Origin: Arcobacteraceae bacterium
Lineage (GTDB): Bacteria > Campylobacterota > Campylobacteria > Campylobacterales > Arcobacteraceae
Reading direction: 5' to 3'
DNA: 64,000 nt
Assembly: GCA_965224485.1 (NCBI GenBank)
Contig: CBDCZH010000016.1
Coordinates: 192,001-256,000 of the forward strand
Shown: positions 1-10,099 of the stretch, one piece after another
Layout: each line of letters opens with the position of its first letter
How positions within the stretch are numbered: the stretch's first letter is position 1
Notes under the pieces: generated by a model
What the model saw: the letters and a program-made list of their open reading frames with translations, nothing else
Told to the model about the DNA's origin: nothing
Database searches by the model: none
Made by a program: the position numbers and the translations under genes

Positions 1-1
1 T

Positions 2-1042
2 ATTGCTAAAAATAAAGCAAGAGCTTCAACTTCAGCACTTGCACAATCAAAAGTTAAGATTTTAGATAAAATGGTAGTTTTAGATGATATAAATTATGAT
101 TCTACTTTAGAATTTGATTTTAACTATAAAGCTACATCTGCTAAATTTTTACTAGAAGTTAAGGAGTTAAGCTTTGGTTATCCTGCTGCTGAAATTCTTT
201 TCAAAAACATAACTTTTGCACTATCACGTGGTGAAACTATTGGAATAATAGGCAAAAATGGTAAAGGTAAATCAACGCTCTTAAATACAATTGCAGAAGA
301 ATTAACAGCTCTTAGTGGAACTTCAACTTATCACCCAGCTTGTTCTTTTGGGCATTTTGGACAAACTAATATTAATCATCTTAATGAAAACAATACAGTA
401 ATGGATGAAATTTATTCAGTCAATCATAGACTTGCAGAATCTAGAATTAGAAGTATTTGTGGACTTATGATGTTCTCAGGTGATAATGCTAAGAAAAAAA
501 TATCACTTCTTTCAGGTGGTGAAAAATCTCGTGTAATGTTAGCAAAAATTATAGCAAAAGATGTAAATCTGTTGTTCCTTGATGAGCCTACAAATCACCT
601 TGATATTGACTCAATTGCAGCACTTACAACTGCTATTAAATCTTTTGAAGGTTCTTGTATTATTGTAACTCATAGTGAAGAGTTATTAAGAGCAGTTTGT
701 GATAGATTAATAATCTTTACAAATGATGGAGCTGACTATTATAATGGAACTTATGACCAGTTCTTAGATAATATTGGTTGGGATGACGATATAGTAGAAA
801 CTAAGAAAAAAGTTGTAAAAGAAAAAAAAACCAAAAAAGAGATAAAAAAATTAAGAGCTGCAATAGTAACCCAAAAAGCAAAAGAAACAGGACCTATAAA
901 AATACAAATAAAAGAAGTTGAAGACTCACTTATTTCTTTAAGTGGACATAAAAAATCTCAAATGAATTCTAAGTTATTAGATTTACAAGATGAACTTGAA
1001 AAAATAAATATAGAGTTTAAGAAAAAACTAGACGAAGTATAG
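2..1042 (+). CDS. ABC-F family ATPase (5' end outside window)
   Basis: Frame is open from position 2 (IAKNKARASTSALAQSKVK...). Walker A GKNGKGKS, LSGGEKSR signature, LFLDEPTNHLD Walker B; no TM segments. Confidence 0.9.
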   Translation: MAKNKARASTSALAQSKVKILDKMVVLDDINYDSTLEFDFNYKATSAKFLLEVKELSFGYPAAEILFKNITFALSRGETIGIIGKNGKGKSTLLNTIAEELTALSGTSTYHPACSFGHFGQTNINHLNENNTVMDEIYSVNHRLAESRIRSICGLMMFSGDNAKKKISLLSGGEKSRVMLAKIIAKDVNLLFLDEPTNHLDIDSIAALTTAIKSFEGSCIIVTHSEELLRAVCDRLIIFTNDGADYYNGTYDQFLDNIGWDDDIVETKKKVVKEKKTKKEIKKLRAAIVTQKAKETGPIKIQIKEVEDSLISLSGHKKSQMNSKLLDLQDELEKINIEFKKKLDEV

Positions 1043-1098
1043 TTTAAAGATACTATCTTAATCGTATATAAATTTATATATTAAATAAATATATCTTT

Positions 1099-1737
1099 TT
1101 AAGATATATTTATTAAAATTAAAAAAGCAATAAGTGCTAAAATAATTCCAGATATTTTCTCAATTTTATTAGAATATTTTTGCATAAAAATTTTTGCTTT
1201 TTTACTTGATAGAAGATTAACAATAAAAATATCCCAAAAAAGTACTGCTAAAAACATCCAAATAGCGTAAAAACTTTCAACTATAAAAGATGTATTTTCT
1301 TTTATTGCAATAGAAAATAAAGTAAAATAAAAAATTGAATTTTTTGGGTTTAAAATTGAGCTTAGAAAACCTTGATAAAAACTCTTCTTTAAAGAAATAT
1401 CTACCTTCCTTTCTATTTTAGAATTTTTACTAAAAATATCTCTTTTTTTAGTTCTTAATAAACTAAAAGCAATGTATACAAGATATAAAGCTCCTAAAAT
1501 TTTTATCAATATAAATATTTCTTGAAAAGATTTTATAAAAGATATTCCAAATAATGCTAATAATATATAAAATAAATTTCCAAATGATATACCAAAGGAA
1601 GTTGAAATTCCTGAAATCTTACCACCTTTACTTGTATTTGAAATTAGTATAAAAAAATCTGCTCCTGGACTTAAGAGTGCAACAAAATGAGCAAGTGCTA
1701 GGGGTATAAAAGCTAAAAATATTTCTGTGTAGTTCAT
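1099..1737 (-). CDS. LysE/RhtB family amino-acid exporter
   Basis: LSPGADF N-terminal motif and ILNPKNSIFY motif; hydrophobic, 212 aa. Confidence 0.9.
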   Translation of the reverse strand: MNYTEIFLAFIPLALAHFVALLSPGADFFILISNTSKGGKISGISTSFGISFGNLFYILLALFGISFIKSFQEIFILIKILGALYLVYIAFSLLRTKKRDIFSKNSKIERKVDISLKKSFYQGFLSSILNPKNSIFYFTLFSIAIKENTSFIVESFYAIWMFLAVLFWDIFIVNLLSSKKAKIFMQKYSNKIEKISGIILALIAFLILINIS

Positions 1738-1900
1738 ATTATTCCTTGAAAATCAAATAATATAGTTTTTTTTAAATTAAGTCTTGTACAAAATTGATAT
1801 TTTAAATTTGAAATATTTAAGTAAATATTTCAAAGTGTAAGGTTTTTTTAAAATTTACATAAAAAATCATATAATCTTTTTATATTTAAAAGGAGTTAGT

Positions 1901-2311
1901 ATGAGAGTATGTGGGGTTGATTTAAAAGCAAATAATGCTATTTTTACTGTTTTACAAATTGAAGATGATATTGTAATTTATATAGATTTAAAAATTAAAA
2001 AACTTACCTTAAAAGATGATGAAAATCAAAATGAGGTAGTTTCTTTTTTTAAAGAGCTAAGTGATTTTTTGTCTTTTAATAAAATTGAAAAGGTTTTTAT
2101 TAAAAAAAGAGCAAAAAAGGGTAATTTTTCTGGTGGGGCTGTTACTTTTAAAATGGAATCTATGTTACAGTTAAATAATATTTGCGATAGTTTTTTAATT
2201 TCATCTCAAGCTATCTCATCTTTTGAGAAAAAAAATGAGATAAGCTATCCAAATGATTTAAAAAAATATCAAATAAATTCATATTTATCTGCACTTAGTC
2301 AAATAAATTAG
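1901..2311 (+). CDS. DUF3010-like protein (RNase H-like fold)
   Basis: MRVCGVDLK start and IKKRAKKGNFSGGAVTFKME motif; AAGGAG RBS. Confidence 0.7.
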   Translation: MRVCGVDLKANNAIFTVLQIEDDIVIYIDLKIKKLTLKDDENQNEVVSFFKELSDFLSFNKIEKVFIKKRAKKGNFSGGAVTFKMESMLQLNNICDSFLISSQAISSFEKKNEISYPNDLKKYQINSYLSALSQIN

Positions 2312-2345
2312 TTCTTCATTAAAATTTACATTGTCTTATAATATT

Positions 2346-3749
2346 TTATAATTCATGCTCCAACGTTAATTCTGCTTCTTCAATTAAATTAAACTCTTCT
2401 TCCGCACTTTTTGCTAACAAATGATTTTTACTATATAAGAAGTAATATAATGCTCCAATTATATATAAAACAATTGTATAATTGAATGCTCGTGGATCAA
2501 AAGCATAAACTCCTGTTAATGCTAAAAGAGAAAGAATTAATGCAATAGAAGAAGTTATCATTCCTCCTGGAGTTTTATATGGTCTTGGCATATCTGGATT
2601 TTTTATTCTTAATAAAATATGACTTAATGCCATAAGTGCATAAGAAATTGTTGCTCCAACAACAGCCATACCTAAAATCAAATCCCCTTCTTGAGTTAAA
2701 GATGCAAAAAAGCCTAAAATACCGGGTATAATTAAAGCCCAAGTAGGTGTTTTTTTCTCACTTGTAAGTGATAAAAACTGAGGAATATATCCTGCTCTTG
2801 ATAGTGCAAATACTAATCTACTATATCCATAAATAATAGAAAAAAATGAAGCAACTAAACCAGCTAATCCAAGTACATTAACTATAGTTCCTAAAGTTGT
2901 ATTTCCTGTTGCATTTAAAGCATCTACCAAGGGAATAGCACTTTTACCAATTGTATCTGCCCCTGCTGCCCCTGCTACTAAAAAAACAACTAAAACAGCT
3001 GTAAATAATAAAAATATCATAGCTCCTATGATACCTCTAGGAACGTCTTTTTCTGGATTTTTTGCTTCTTCTGCTGCTAAAGGAACTCCTTCTACTGCTA
3101 AAAATAGCCACATACCAAATGGTAATGCAGCCCATACTCCATACCATCCATATGGTAAAAATTCACTTGCTCCTAGAGCTTCTGTTGAAACGGCAATATC
3201 AAATAAATTTGAAGAATCAAAATGGCCAAAAAGTGTAACTGCTGTTGCAATAATTGCAAATACAGCAAGGGCACTTATAACCATCATTGTTTTTAATGCT
3301 TCACCTGCTCCAAATAAATGAATACCAATAAATACTGCATAAAAAAGAGCATATATAATTGGACCGTTAATACCAATAAGTGCTTCAACAGCAGATCCAA
3401 TAAAAATAACAATAGCAGCAGGAGCTAAAGCATATTCAATTAATATAGCAAGACCTGTTAAATATCCACCTGCTGGTCCCATTACTTGTCTGGCAAAACT
3501 ATATCCACCTCCTGCTGCTGGAATTGCTGCTGACATTTCAGCTAGGGCCAATACTAAACATAAATACATAACTGCCATTAATCCAGCAGCAATTGCAAAT
3601 CCTCCCCATCCTGCTTCTGCTATTCCAAAATTCCAACCTGCAAAATCACCTGATATTACATATGAAACTCCAAGACCAGCTAATAACAGCCAACCTGCTG
3701 TTCCTCTTTTTAATTGTCTTTTTTCAAGATATTCTTTGTTTGCACTCAC
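2346..3749 (-). CDS. eat: Ethanolamine permease (APC family)
   Basis: YVISGDFAGWNFG and FLAVEGVPLAAEE motifs; lies downstream of eutBC. Start moved to GTG at 3749, after an AAGGA RBS. Confidence 0.92.
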   Translation of the reverse strand: MSANKEYLEKRQLKRGTAGWLLLAGLGVSYVISGDFAGWNFGIAEAGWGGFAIAAGLMAVMYLCLVLALAEMSAAIPAAGGGYSFARQVMGPAGGYLTGLAILIEYALAPAAIVIFIGSAVEALIGINGPIIYALFYAVFIGIHLFGAGEALKTMMVISALAVFAIIATAVTLFGHFDSSNLFDIAVSTEALGASEFLPYGWYGVWAALPFGMWLFLAVEGVPLAAEEAKNPEKDVPRGIIGAMIFLLFTAVLVVFLVAGAAGADTIGKSAIPLVDALNATGNTTLGTIVNVLGLAGLVASFFSIIYGYSRLVFALSRAGYIPQFLSLTSEKKTPTWALIIPGILGFFASLTQEGDLILGMAVVGATISYALMALSHILLRIKNPDMPRPYKTPGGMITSSIALILSLLALTGVYAFDPRAFNYTIVLYIIGALYYFLYSKNHLLAKSAEEEFNLIEEAELTLEHEL

Positions 3750-3759
3750 GTATAATCCT

Positions 3760-4644
3760 TTATTGAATGAGAAAATTCTCATTATTGATACAATTTTCTA
3801 CTGTATCATCCATTGTTCTATCTTTTAAATTTACACCAGATAATTCCAGTCTTCGTGCCTCTTTTAATAAATACATTGTTTTTTTTACAGCCTCCTCATA
3901 AGATAATCCATCTGAACGCACATTTGATATACAATTTCTATTTACATCACTCAGTCCAACTTTTGGATTCCACGTAAGATATAAACCAAGACTGTCAGGA
4001 GAACTTAATCCTGGTCTTTCACCTATTAATACTAAGGTTAATTTTGCTTGCAATATCTCTCCTACTTCATCCCCAATAGCAACTCTTCCTTGCTGTACTA
4101 TAGTAATAGGAGATAATTTCCATTGATCATCATCTTTTGCAAGTGAGTGTGATAATATTTGAATATATTTAATAGCATTTTTTTTTATTGCCAAAGATGA
4201 GAGTCCATCTACAATAATTATAGATAAATCATAAGGAACTCTACTTTTATCTATACTTCTTTTTAATAATTTACAAGAGTTTTCATCTAATCTTCTTCCT
4301 AAGTCTGGTCTTTGTAAATACCTTACTCTATTTACTGCTTGTGAATGTAGTAATACATGAGAATAACCATCTTGAAGAAGTTCATTACTGTCTATTTCAC
4401 TTAATAAATTTAAATTAACAGAAATCTTATTTAATTGATCTACAACATATTGTGTGTCTAAAGGTAAATGAACTGCATCTTGTGCTTGAGCATGAGCTAA
4501 TTGAAAATCTAATAAATGATTTGTAGGAATACTAACTCCTGTTCTTCCCAGTGCAATTCTAGCTTCCGTATGCTCTCTTAAAAAAGCCCAAGGATTTTGT
4601 ACAATATTTGTTTTTTCATTATTTTTTATTAAATCAGACATCAT
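3760..4644 (-). CDS. eutC: Ethanolamine ammonia-lyase small subunit
   Basis: TEARIALGRTG, YLQRPDLGRRL and LIGERPGLSSPDSLG motifs. Confidence 0.95.
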   Translation of the reverse strand: MMSDLIKNNEKTNIVQNPWAFLREHTEARIALGRTGVSIPTNHLLDFQLAHAQAQDAVHLPLDTQYVVDQLNKISVNLNLLSEIDSNELLQDGYSHVLLHSQAVNRVRYLQRPDLGRRLDENSCKLLKRSIDKSRVPYDLSIIIVDGLSSLAIKKNAIKYIQILSHSLAKDDDQWKLSPITIVQQGRVAIGDEVGEILQAKLTLVLIGERPGLSSPDSLGLYLTWNPKVGLSDVNRNCISNVRSDGLSYEEAVKKTMYLLKEARRLELSGVNLKDRTMDDTVENCINNENFLIQ

Positions 4645-6044
4645 TAATATCCTATTGCTTTTTGTAATGAGGGAGAAAAATATTTTGGAATATTTTCATT
4701 TAAAATATAATTATTTGCATCTTTAAAAATCTCCATTTTTTCAAGCCATATCTTAAATTCTGGAGCAGGGTCAAGATTTAGTACTCTTCTTGCATATAAA
4801 GCATCATGAAAAGATGTAGTTTGATAATTAAGCATAATATCATCAGAACCAGGAATACCCATAATAAAATTACATCCCGCAACCCCTAAAAGTGTTAATA
4901 AATTATCCATATCATTTTGATCTGCATCGGCATGATTTGTATAACAAATATCACAACCCATTGGTAAGCCTAAAAGTTTTCCACAAAAATGGTCTTCTAA
5001 ACCAGCTCTTGTTATCTCTTTTCCATCAAATAAGTATTCAGGACCTATAAATCCAACAACAGTATTTACTAATAATGGATCAAACTCTTTAGCAACAGCA
5101 TAGGCTCTAACTTCACATGTTTGCTGATCTATAGAAAAGTTTGCGTTTGCAGACAAAGAGCTTCCTTGACCTGTTTCAAAGTACATTACATTATTTCCAA
5201 CTGTTCCTCTATTTAGTGACAATGCTGCATCTTGCGCTTCTTTTAAAATACTTAAGTTCACTCCAAAGCTTGAATTTGTAGCTTCTGTTCCTCCAATTGA
5301 TTGAAACACTAAATCAACAGGTGCTTTTTTATTAATAGCCTCTATAGTATTCGTAACATGTGTTAAAACACATGATTGTGTTGGAATTTCATATTTATTT
5401 ATTACATCATTCATTAAGTTTAATAATTTAATAGCTTGTTCTAGATTATCTGTTGCTGGATTAATTCCAATAACAGCATCTCCGTTTGCATATAATAATC
5501 CATCCAATATACTAGTTGCTATTCCCATTACATCATCTGTTGGATGATTTGGTTGTAATCTTGTAGATAAATGGCCTTCTAGTCCAATTGTATTTTTAAA
5601 AGAACTTATTACAGGACATTTTTTTGCAATCATTATTAGATCTTGATTTCTCATTATTTTACTAACGGCTGCTACCATTTCTGGTGTTATTCCTGGTCTT
5701 ACTTTTTCGATTAGTTTTTTTGATGTGTTATCACTTAATAACCAATTCCTAAATTCACCAACACTTAAATGAGAAATAATCTCAAAAGCCTCTTTATCAT
5801 GTTTATCTATTATTAATCTTGTAATTTCATCATCTTCATATGGAATTAAAAGATCTTCTAAAAAAGTTTTTAAAGGAACTTCTGCTAGTCTCATCTGAGC
5901 TACTGCTCTTTCTTGTGAAGTATTGGCAGCTAGACCTGCTAACATATCTCCTGATCTTTTTGGTGTGGCTTTTGCCATTAAATCTGATAGGTTTTTATAT
6001 AAGTAAGTTCGATTTCCAATTTTTATTTGATAAGAATTTTTCAT
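4644..6044 (-). CDS. eutB: Ethanolamine ammonia-lyase large subunit (AdoCbl-dependent)
   Basis: RLQPNHPTDD, YFETGQGS, NTVVGFIGPEYL and GLEDHFCGKLLG motifs. Confidence 0.97.
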   Translation of the reverse strand: MKNSYQIKIGNRTYLYKNLSDLMAKATPKRSGDMLAGLAANTSQERAVAQMRLAEVPLKTFLEDLLIPYEDDEITRLIIDKHDKEAFEIISHLSVGEFRNWLLSDNTSKKLIEKVRPGITPEMVAAVSKIMRNQDLIMIAKKCPVISSFKNTIGLEGHLSTRLQPNHPTDDVMGIATSILDGLLYANGDAVIGINPATDNLEQAIKLLNLMNDVINKYEIPTQSCVLTHVTNTIEAINKKAPVDLVFQSIGGTEATNSSFGVNLSILKEAQDAALSLNRGTVGNNVMYFETGQGSSLSANANFSIDQQTCEVRAYAVAKEFDPLLVNTVVGFIGPEYLFDGKEITRAGLEDHFCGKLLGLPMGCDICYTNHADADQNDMDNLLTLLGVAGCNFIMGIPGSDDIMLNYQTTSFHDALYARRVLNLDPAPEFKIWLEKMEIFKDANNYILNENIPKYFSPSLQKAIGY

Positions 6045-6158
6045 AATTCTAATAAATATGTGATATACATATCTCTTCCTTAATATAACTAGAACTTTAT
6101 AATGATGCTAATATACATTCATTTTATAGCATGGATATAGCGTGAATATAAAAATAAT

Positions 6159-6218
6159 TATACAATCTTTGTATAGAATATATACTAGATTATTGTATAT
6201 AAAATATACAATAATCTA
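6159..6218. promoter_or_regulatory. Two palindromes built on TATACAA upstream of eutB (putative operator)
   Basis: TATACAA-tct-TTGTATA (6159-6175) and a perfect 15-bp inverted repeat TAGATTATTGTATAT-aaa-ATATACAATAATCTA (6186-6218). Confidence 0.45.
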
Positions 6219-6271
6219 TTTTTTATTAGGATAGGGATATGAGAAGTTTCTAAAATACGCAGCTTTATAAG

Positions 6272-6472
6272 TTATTTCCTAATTTCTTTTATACTTTTTC
6301 CTCCTATCCCATAATTTTCCATCTCTATTTCTTCAATTATCACAATAGCAGTTTTTTCACCTCTTTTAAAAACATCGGAAAATACTTTTGTTACTCCTTT
6401 TATTAAAGCTTTTTTTTGCTCAACTGTAGCACCCCCATCTTCTTTTGTCATTTTAATATTAATATACGGCAT
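6272..6472 (-). CDS. 4-oxalocrotonate tautomerase family protein
   Basis: N-terminal catalytic Pro (MPYINIK), 66 aa, ENYGIGG motif. Confidence 0.9.
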   Translation of the reverse strand: MPYINIKMTKEDGGATVEQKKALIKGVTKVFSDVFKRGEKTAIVIIEEIEMENYGIGGKSIKEIRK

Positions 6473-6481
6473 TTTTTTTCC

Positions 6482-7666
6482 TTAATGTGTTAGTTTCATA
6501 AGTTTTTTTGCATAAGCTAAGAGTAATATTCCTGAAAATACAATTGCAGCTGTTAGATATAAGGCAAAAGTATAAGAGTCAAATCTGTTTATTATAGCTA
6601 CAGAATATAAAGGTGCTATAACTTGACCAATACCATAGGCTGTTGTAATTGCTCCCATTAAAATAACAGGATTCTTTTGTGCAAGCTTTGCTCCAAGGGT
6701 CATAAATAAAGCAACCAAAGCTACAAATGTACCTCCATATAAAACTCCTGAAAGTAAAATCAAATATATATTTGTGCTAATTGTTGGAATTAAAATACCT
6801 AAAACTTGTATAAACATAGTGATCATAATAATATTTATACTTCCATATTTATGAGCTAAACGCATCCAAATAATACAAGAAGGGATTCCAGCAAGTCCAA
6901 CTAAGCTCCAAACATATCCTCCATAACCTTCTAAACCTTCAAGAGAATTTATAATATCAGGTAAGAAGGTAGCTTGTACTACCATGCCTACTCCTTCTGT
7001 AAAATAAGCAAGTATTAGAATTATTACAAACCCTTTAAACAAAGATATATCAAAATGCTGTGTTTGGCTAATTTGTGTCTCTTCTTTGTTAATTCTTAAT
7101 ATATAAATAGAATAAATTGAAGCAAAAAATGCAAATATACTTAATACTAGCCAGGCATCACTCCAAGAACCACCACTTGTAAAAACAGCTCTTGAAATTA
7201 AATCTGTTATAAGAATTGAGAAACCAATACCAGAAAAATGTATTCCCATTGCTTTTGTTTTATCTTCCATATGTAGTTTTTTAAAAACTATAGCTGAACC
7301 AACAATTAAACACATAGCTGCACCAAAACCAGCAATTACACGAGAAATCAACCATATAGTGTCATTTGTTGTACTTGCTAAAATTAAAGTAGTCACAATA
7401 GATAAAATCATACCAATTCTAAAATATTTAATTTTACTATTGATATCTTTTATAAAAACAGAAAAAATTGAACCAGCTAAATAACCTATATAATTAAAAG
7501 AGGCTAAAATACCAGCAAAAGTAATACTTAAATGATCTTCTAACATAAAAGGCAATAAAGAGGTAAAAACGAATCTGGCAACACCTACACCTACTATTAG
7601 GGCTAAGATACCAGCTAGTAAGATAGCTGCATTAGAGTCTTTATCTAATAGATTTATTTTAGTCAT
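6482..7666 (-). CDS. YbfB/YjiJ-type MFS transporter
   Basis: GVARFVFTSLLP and ASFNYIGYLAG motifs; multiple TM segments. Confidence 0.85.
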   Translation of the reverse strand: MTKINLLDKDSNAAILLAGILALIVGVGVARFVFTSLLPFMLEDHLSITFAGILASFNYIGYLAGSIFSVFIKDINSKIKYFRIGMILSIVTTLILASTTNDTIWLISRVIAGFGAAMCLIVGSAIVFKKLHMEDKTKAMGIHFSGIGFSILITDLISRAVFTSGGSWSDAWLVLSIFAFFASIYSIYILRINKEETQISQTQHFDISLFKGFVIILILAYFTEGVGMVVQATFLPDIINSLEGLEGYGGYVWSLVGLAGIPSCIIWMRLAHKYGSINIIMITMFIQVLGILIPTISTNIYLILLSGVLYGGTFVALVALFMTLGAKLAQKNPVILMGAITTAYGIGQVIAPLYSVAIINRFDSYTFALYLTAAIVFSGILLLAYAKKLMKLTH

Positions 7667-7758
7667 TTTTTGCCTTTTTGTTTTTAATGTTATACTATCA
7701 CTAATAGTTATATTATGTCAAATAAGTAATCATGATATATGATATAAAGGTTAGTGAT

Positions 7759-8586
7759 ATGGATTCTTCTTTATTAAAAGTTTTTTTAAGTGTAGCTAGA
7801 AATAATAGCATTAGTAAAGCTGCAAGTGAGCTTAAGTTTGCCCAGTCTAATGTTACAGCAAGAATTAAACTCTTAGAAAAGAACATTGGACATATACTTT
7901 TTTATAGAGTTCCAAAAGGTGTTGTTCTAACAAAAGCTGGAGAGAAACTTTTTACTTATGCTTTTGAGATAGTAAAAAAAATAGATGAAGCTAACTTTTA
8001 TATGAAAAATATAAATACTCAAAGCTCACTTAAAGTTGCTTCAACTGAGTCAAATGCAGTTGTACGAATAGTTCCTTTTTTATTGGCTTTACATAAGGAT
8101 TATCCTAAAACACAGTTAGAACTTTTTACAGGAACTACAAGTGAAGTTATAAAAATGATTTTGGAATATAAAGTTGATTTAGCTTTTGTAAGTGGTATTC
8201 CTTTAAATGATGATTTAATGATTCTAAATAAAATAGATGAAAAAATTGTTATTTTAGAACCATTTGATGAGATTATTCCGGATGTTTTGCTGTTATTTAA
8301 AAAAGGCTGTAAGTATAATGAGATTTTAAATAAATATTATGAAAAGAATGGACAGAATAAATATAAAACTTTGGAGTTTGGTTCTTATGAAACAATATTA
8401 GGTTGTGTAAAAGCAGGAATGGGAAGAACTTTAATGCCTTTAAGTATTGTAAAAAAATTAGGATTTCAAAATAATTTAAATATAATAGAATTAGAAGATG
8501 AGTTTTCAAATATTCCAACTTGTATGGTTTGTAGAAAAGATAATATGCCTTTTATAAAAAAATATTTGGAAGAATTTAAATTATAA
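7759..8586 (+). CDS. LysR family transcriptional regulator, divergent from the MFS/tautomerase pair
   Basis: SISKAASELKFAQSNVTARIKLLE HTH; ATG at 7759 follows AAGG. Confidence 0.92.
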   Translation: MDSSLLKVFLSVARNNSISKAASELKFAQSNVTARIKLLEKNIGHILFYRVPKGVVLTKAGEKLFTYAFEIVKKIDEANFYMKNINTQSSLKVASTESNAVVRIVPFLLALHKDYPKTQLELFTGTTSEVIKMILEYKVDLAFVSGIPLNDDLMILNKIDEKIVILEPFDEIIPDVLLLFKKGCKYNEILNKYYEKNGQNKYKTLEFGSYETILGCVKAGMGRTLMPLSIVKKLGFQNNLNIIELEDEFSNIPTCMVCRKDNMPFIKKYLEEFKL

Positions 8587-8607
8587 GTAAAATTTAAAAG
8601 GATTTAT

Positions 8608-8802
8608 ATGTTTGAGATAAAAATACAATGTCCTTATTGTTTACAAGCAATAAGTATAGGTCTTGATTTAGGTATTTATGAGTTTGTTACTATTGTAGAA
8701 GATTGTGAAGTTTGTTGCAGACCTATTGAATTATCTTATGATGTACAAAATGGCGAGGTAGGCTCTTTTTCTTATAATAAAATTGATGGAAATGAGTTTT
8801 AG
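8608..8802 (+). CDS. CPXCG-motif cysteine-rich (Zn-ribbon) protein
   Basis: CPYC ... EDCEVCCRPI; AAGGA RBS. Confidence 0.85.
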   Translation: MFEIKIQCPYCLQAISIGLDLGIYEFVTIVEDCEVCCRPIELSYDVQNGEVGSFSYNKIDGNEF

Positions 8803-8873
8803 CCCTAAGATAAATTATCTAAGCAATTTTTAGTTAAAATACAAATAATATAATTAAAAGAGGTAAGATATAA

Positions 8874-9251
8874 ATGAAGTATGGTGAAAAAGAGATTTTA
8901 GAGTTTGATATTAATAAAGAAGAAAATTTTTGGCCAAATGAGCATGAAAAAACTTATGTTATTGATATTGAATTACCTGAATTTATGGCAAAATGCCCAA
9001 GAAGTGGTTATCCTGATTTTGCTACTATTAAAATATCGTATAGTCCTTTAAAAAAAGTAGTTGAGCTAAAGGCTTTAAAACTATATATAAATTCTTTTAT
9101 GAATAGAGAAGTTTCACATGAAAATGGAATAAATGAAATTTTTGATACTTTATTTGCAAAACTAAAACCAAAATGGTTAAAAGTTACAGGTGATTTTAAA
9201 CCAAGAGGAAACGTACATACTGTGATTATAATAGATTCAGACAAGATATAA
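8874..9251 (+). CDS. queF: preQ0 reductase (7-cyano-7-deazaguanine reductase)
   Basis: EFMAKCPRSGYPDFA, VELKALKLY, SHE and F.PRGNV motifs. Confidence 0.95.
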   Translation: MKYGEKEILEFDINKEENFWPNEHEKTYVIDIELPEFMAKCPRSGYPDFATIKISYSPLKKVVELKALKLYINSFMNREVSHENGINEIFDTLFAKLKPKWLKVTGDFKPRGNVHTVIIIDSDKI

Positions 9252-9263
9252 GGAAATAAAAAC

Positions 9264-9845
9264 TTGGAAAGATTAGTAACAACTGCACAAGCTGCTTCAA
9301 TACTAGGTATATCTTTGCAAGGTATTCATTATAGAATAAAGAATAATAAATTAAAATCTATTAAACAAGCTGGAAAAACATTTGTTTATATTTCAAGTGA
9401 TTTAGAAAACAGACAAATAGAAGAAGTTAAAAATGAAGAAAATCAAAAAAAATCATATGTAGATATGATAATTTCTGGTAAAGATGATCAAATATCTTTT
9501 TTAAAAAAATCCTTTAAACACATTCGTGTTCAGCATAAAGAAGAAATAAAAAGATTAGAAAAGAATCAAAAAAATATTATTCATGTTTTTAATTCAGAAA
9601 TAAAATTATTACAAAGTGCTTTTTCTGAAATGCGTTCAATTTACAAACCCCAAATTGAACAAAAAAAAGAAAAATTTATTAGTATAGGTGATTTTTCTTT
9701 ATATTTAAAAGAAAAAGGTAAAACTAACTTAGATATAAAAGCTATTATTTTAAAAGCAATAAAAGATAATGATATTAGATTTATTTTCTCTGCAAGTTCT
9801 AAAAAAGTTATGATTTTAAATGAAGATTTTTCTGATTTGATTTAA
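9264..9845 (+). CDS. HTH DNA-binding protein with coiled coil
   Basis: N-terminal TTAQAASILGISLQGIHYRIK HTH followed by a heptad-rich helical region; TTG start after AAGGA. Confidence 0.7.
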   Translation: MERLVTTAQAASILGISLQGIHYRIKNNKLKSIKQAGKTFVYISSDLENRQIEEVKNEENQKKSYVDMIISGKDDQISFLKKSFKHIRVQHKEEIKRLEKNQKNIIHVFNSEIKLLQSAFSEMRSIYKPQIEQKKEKFISIGDFSLYLKEKGKTNLDIKAIILKAIKDNDIRFIFSASSKKVMILNEDFSDLI

Positions 9846-10099
9846 ATTTTATAAATAAACTTATTTTATTTTTTACAAAATATTATAATAATTCATTAAG
9901 AAGGTCTTCTCTTTTATTGCTAACTACTTACAAATATATTTTAACTCTTAATTTTATCACTCAAAATCATTACTTACATAAAGTATCGTAAGAGATATTT
10001 AAGTAGTATAGGTATATACTTTTTAATTATAAAAAAAGCTAGCTATATTTTTATAAAATCATTTTAAATTATTATTAGTTAATAAATATAGGAGTCGTT

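Noticed and set aside
6045..6271. Cobalamin riboswitch before eutB
   Set aside because: No B12-box or GGGAA/GCCACTG-type motifs; the region is very AT-rich.
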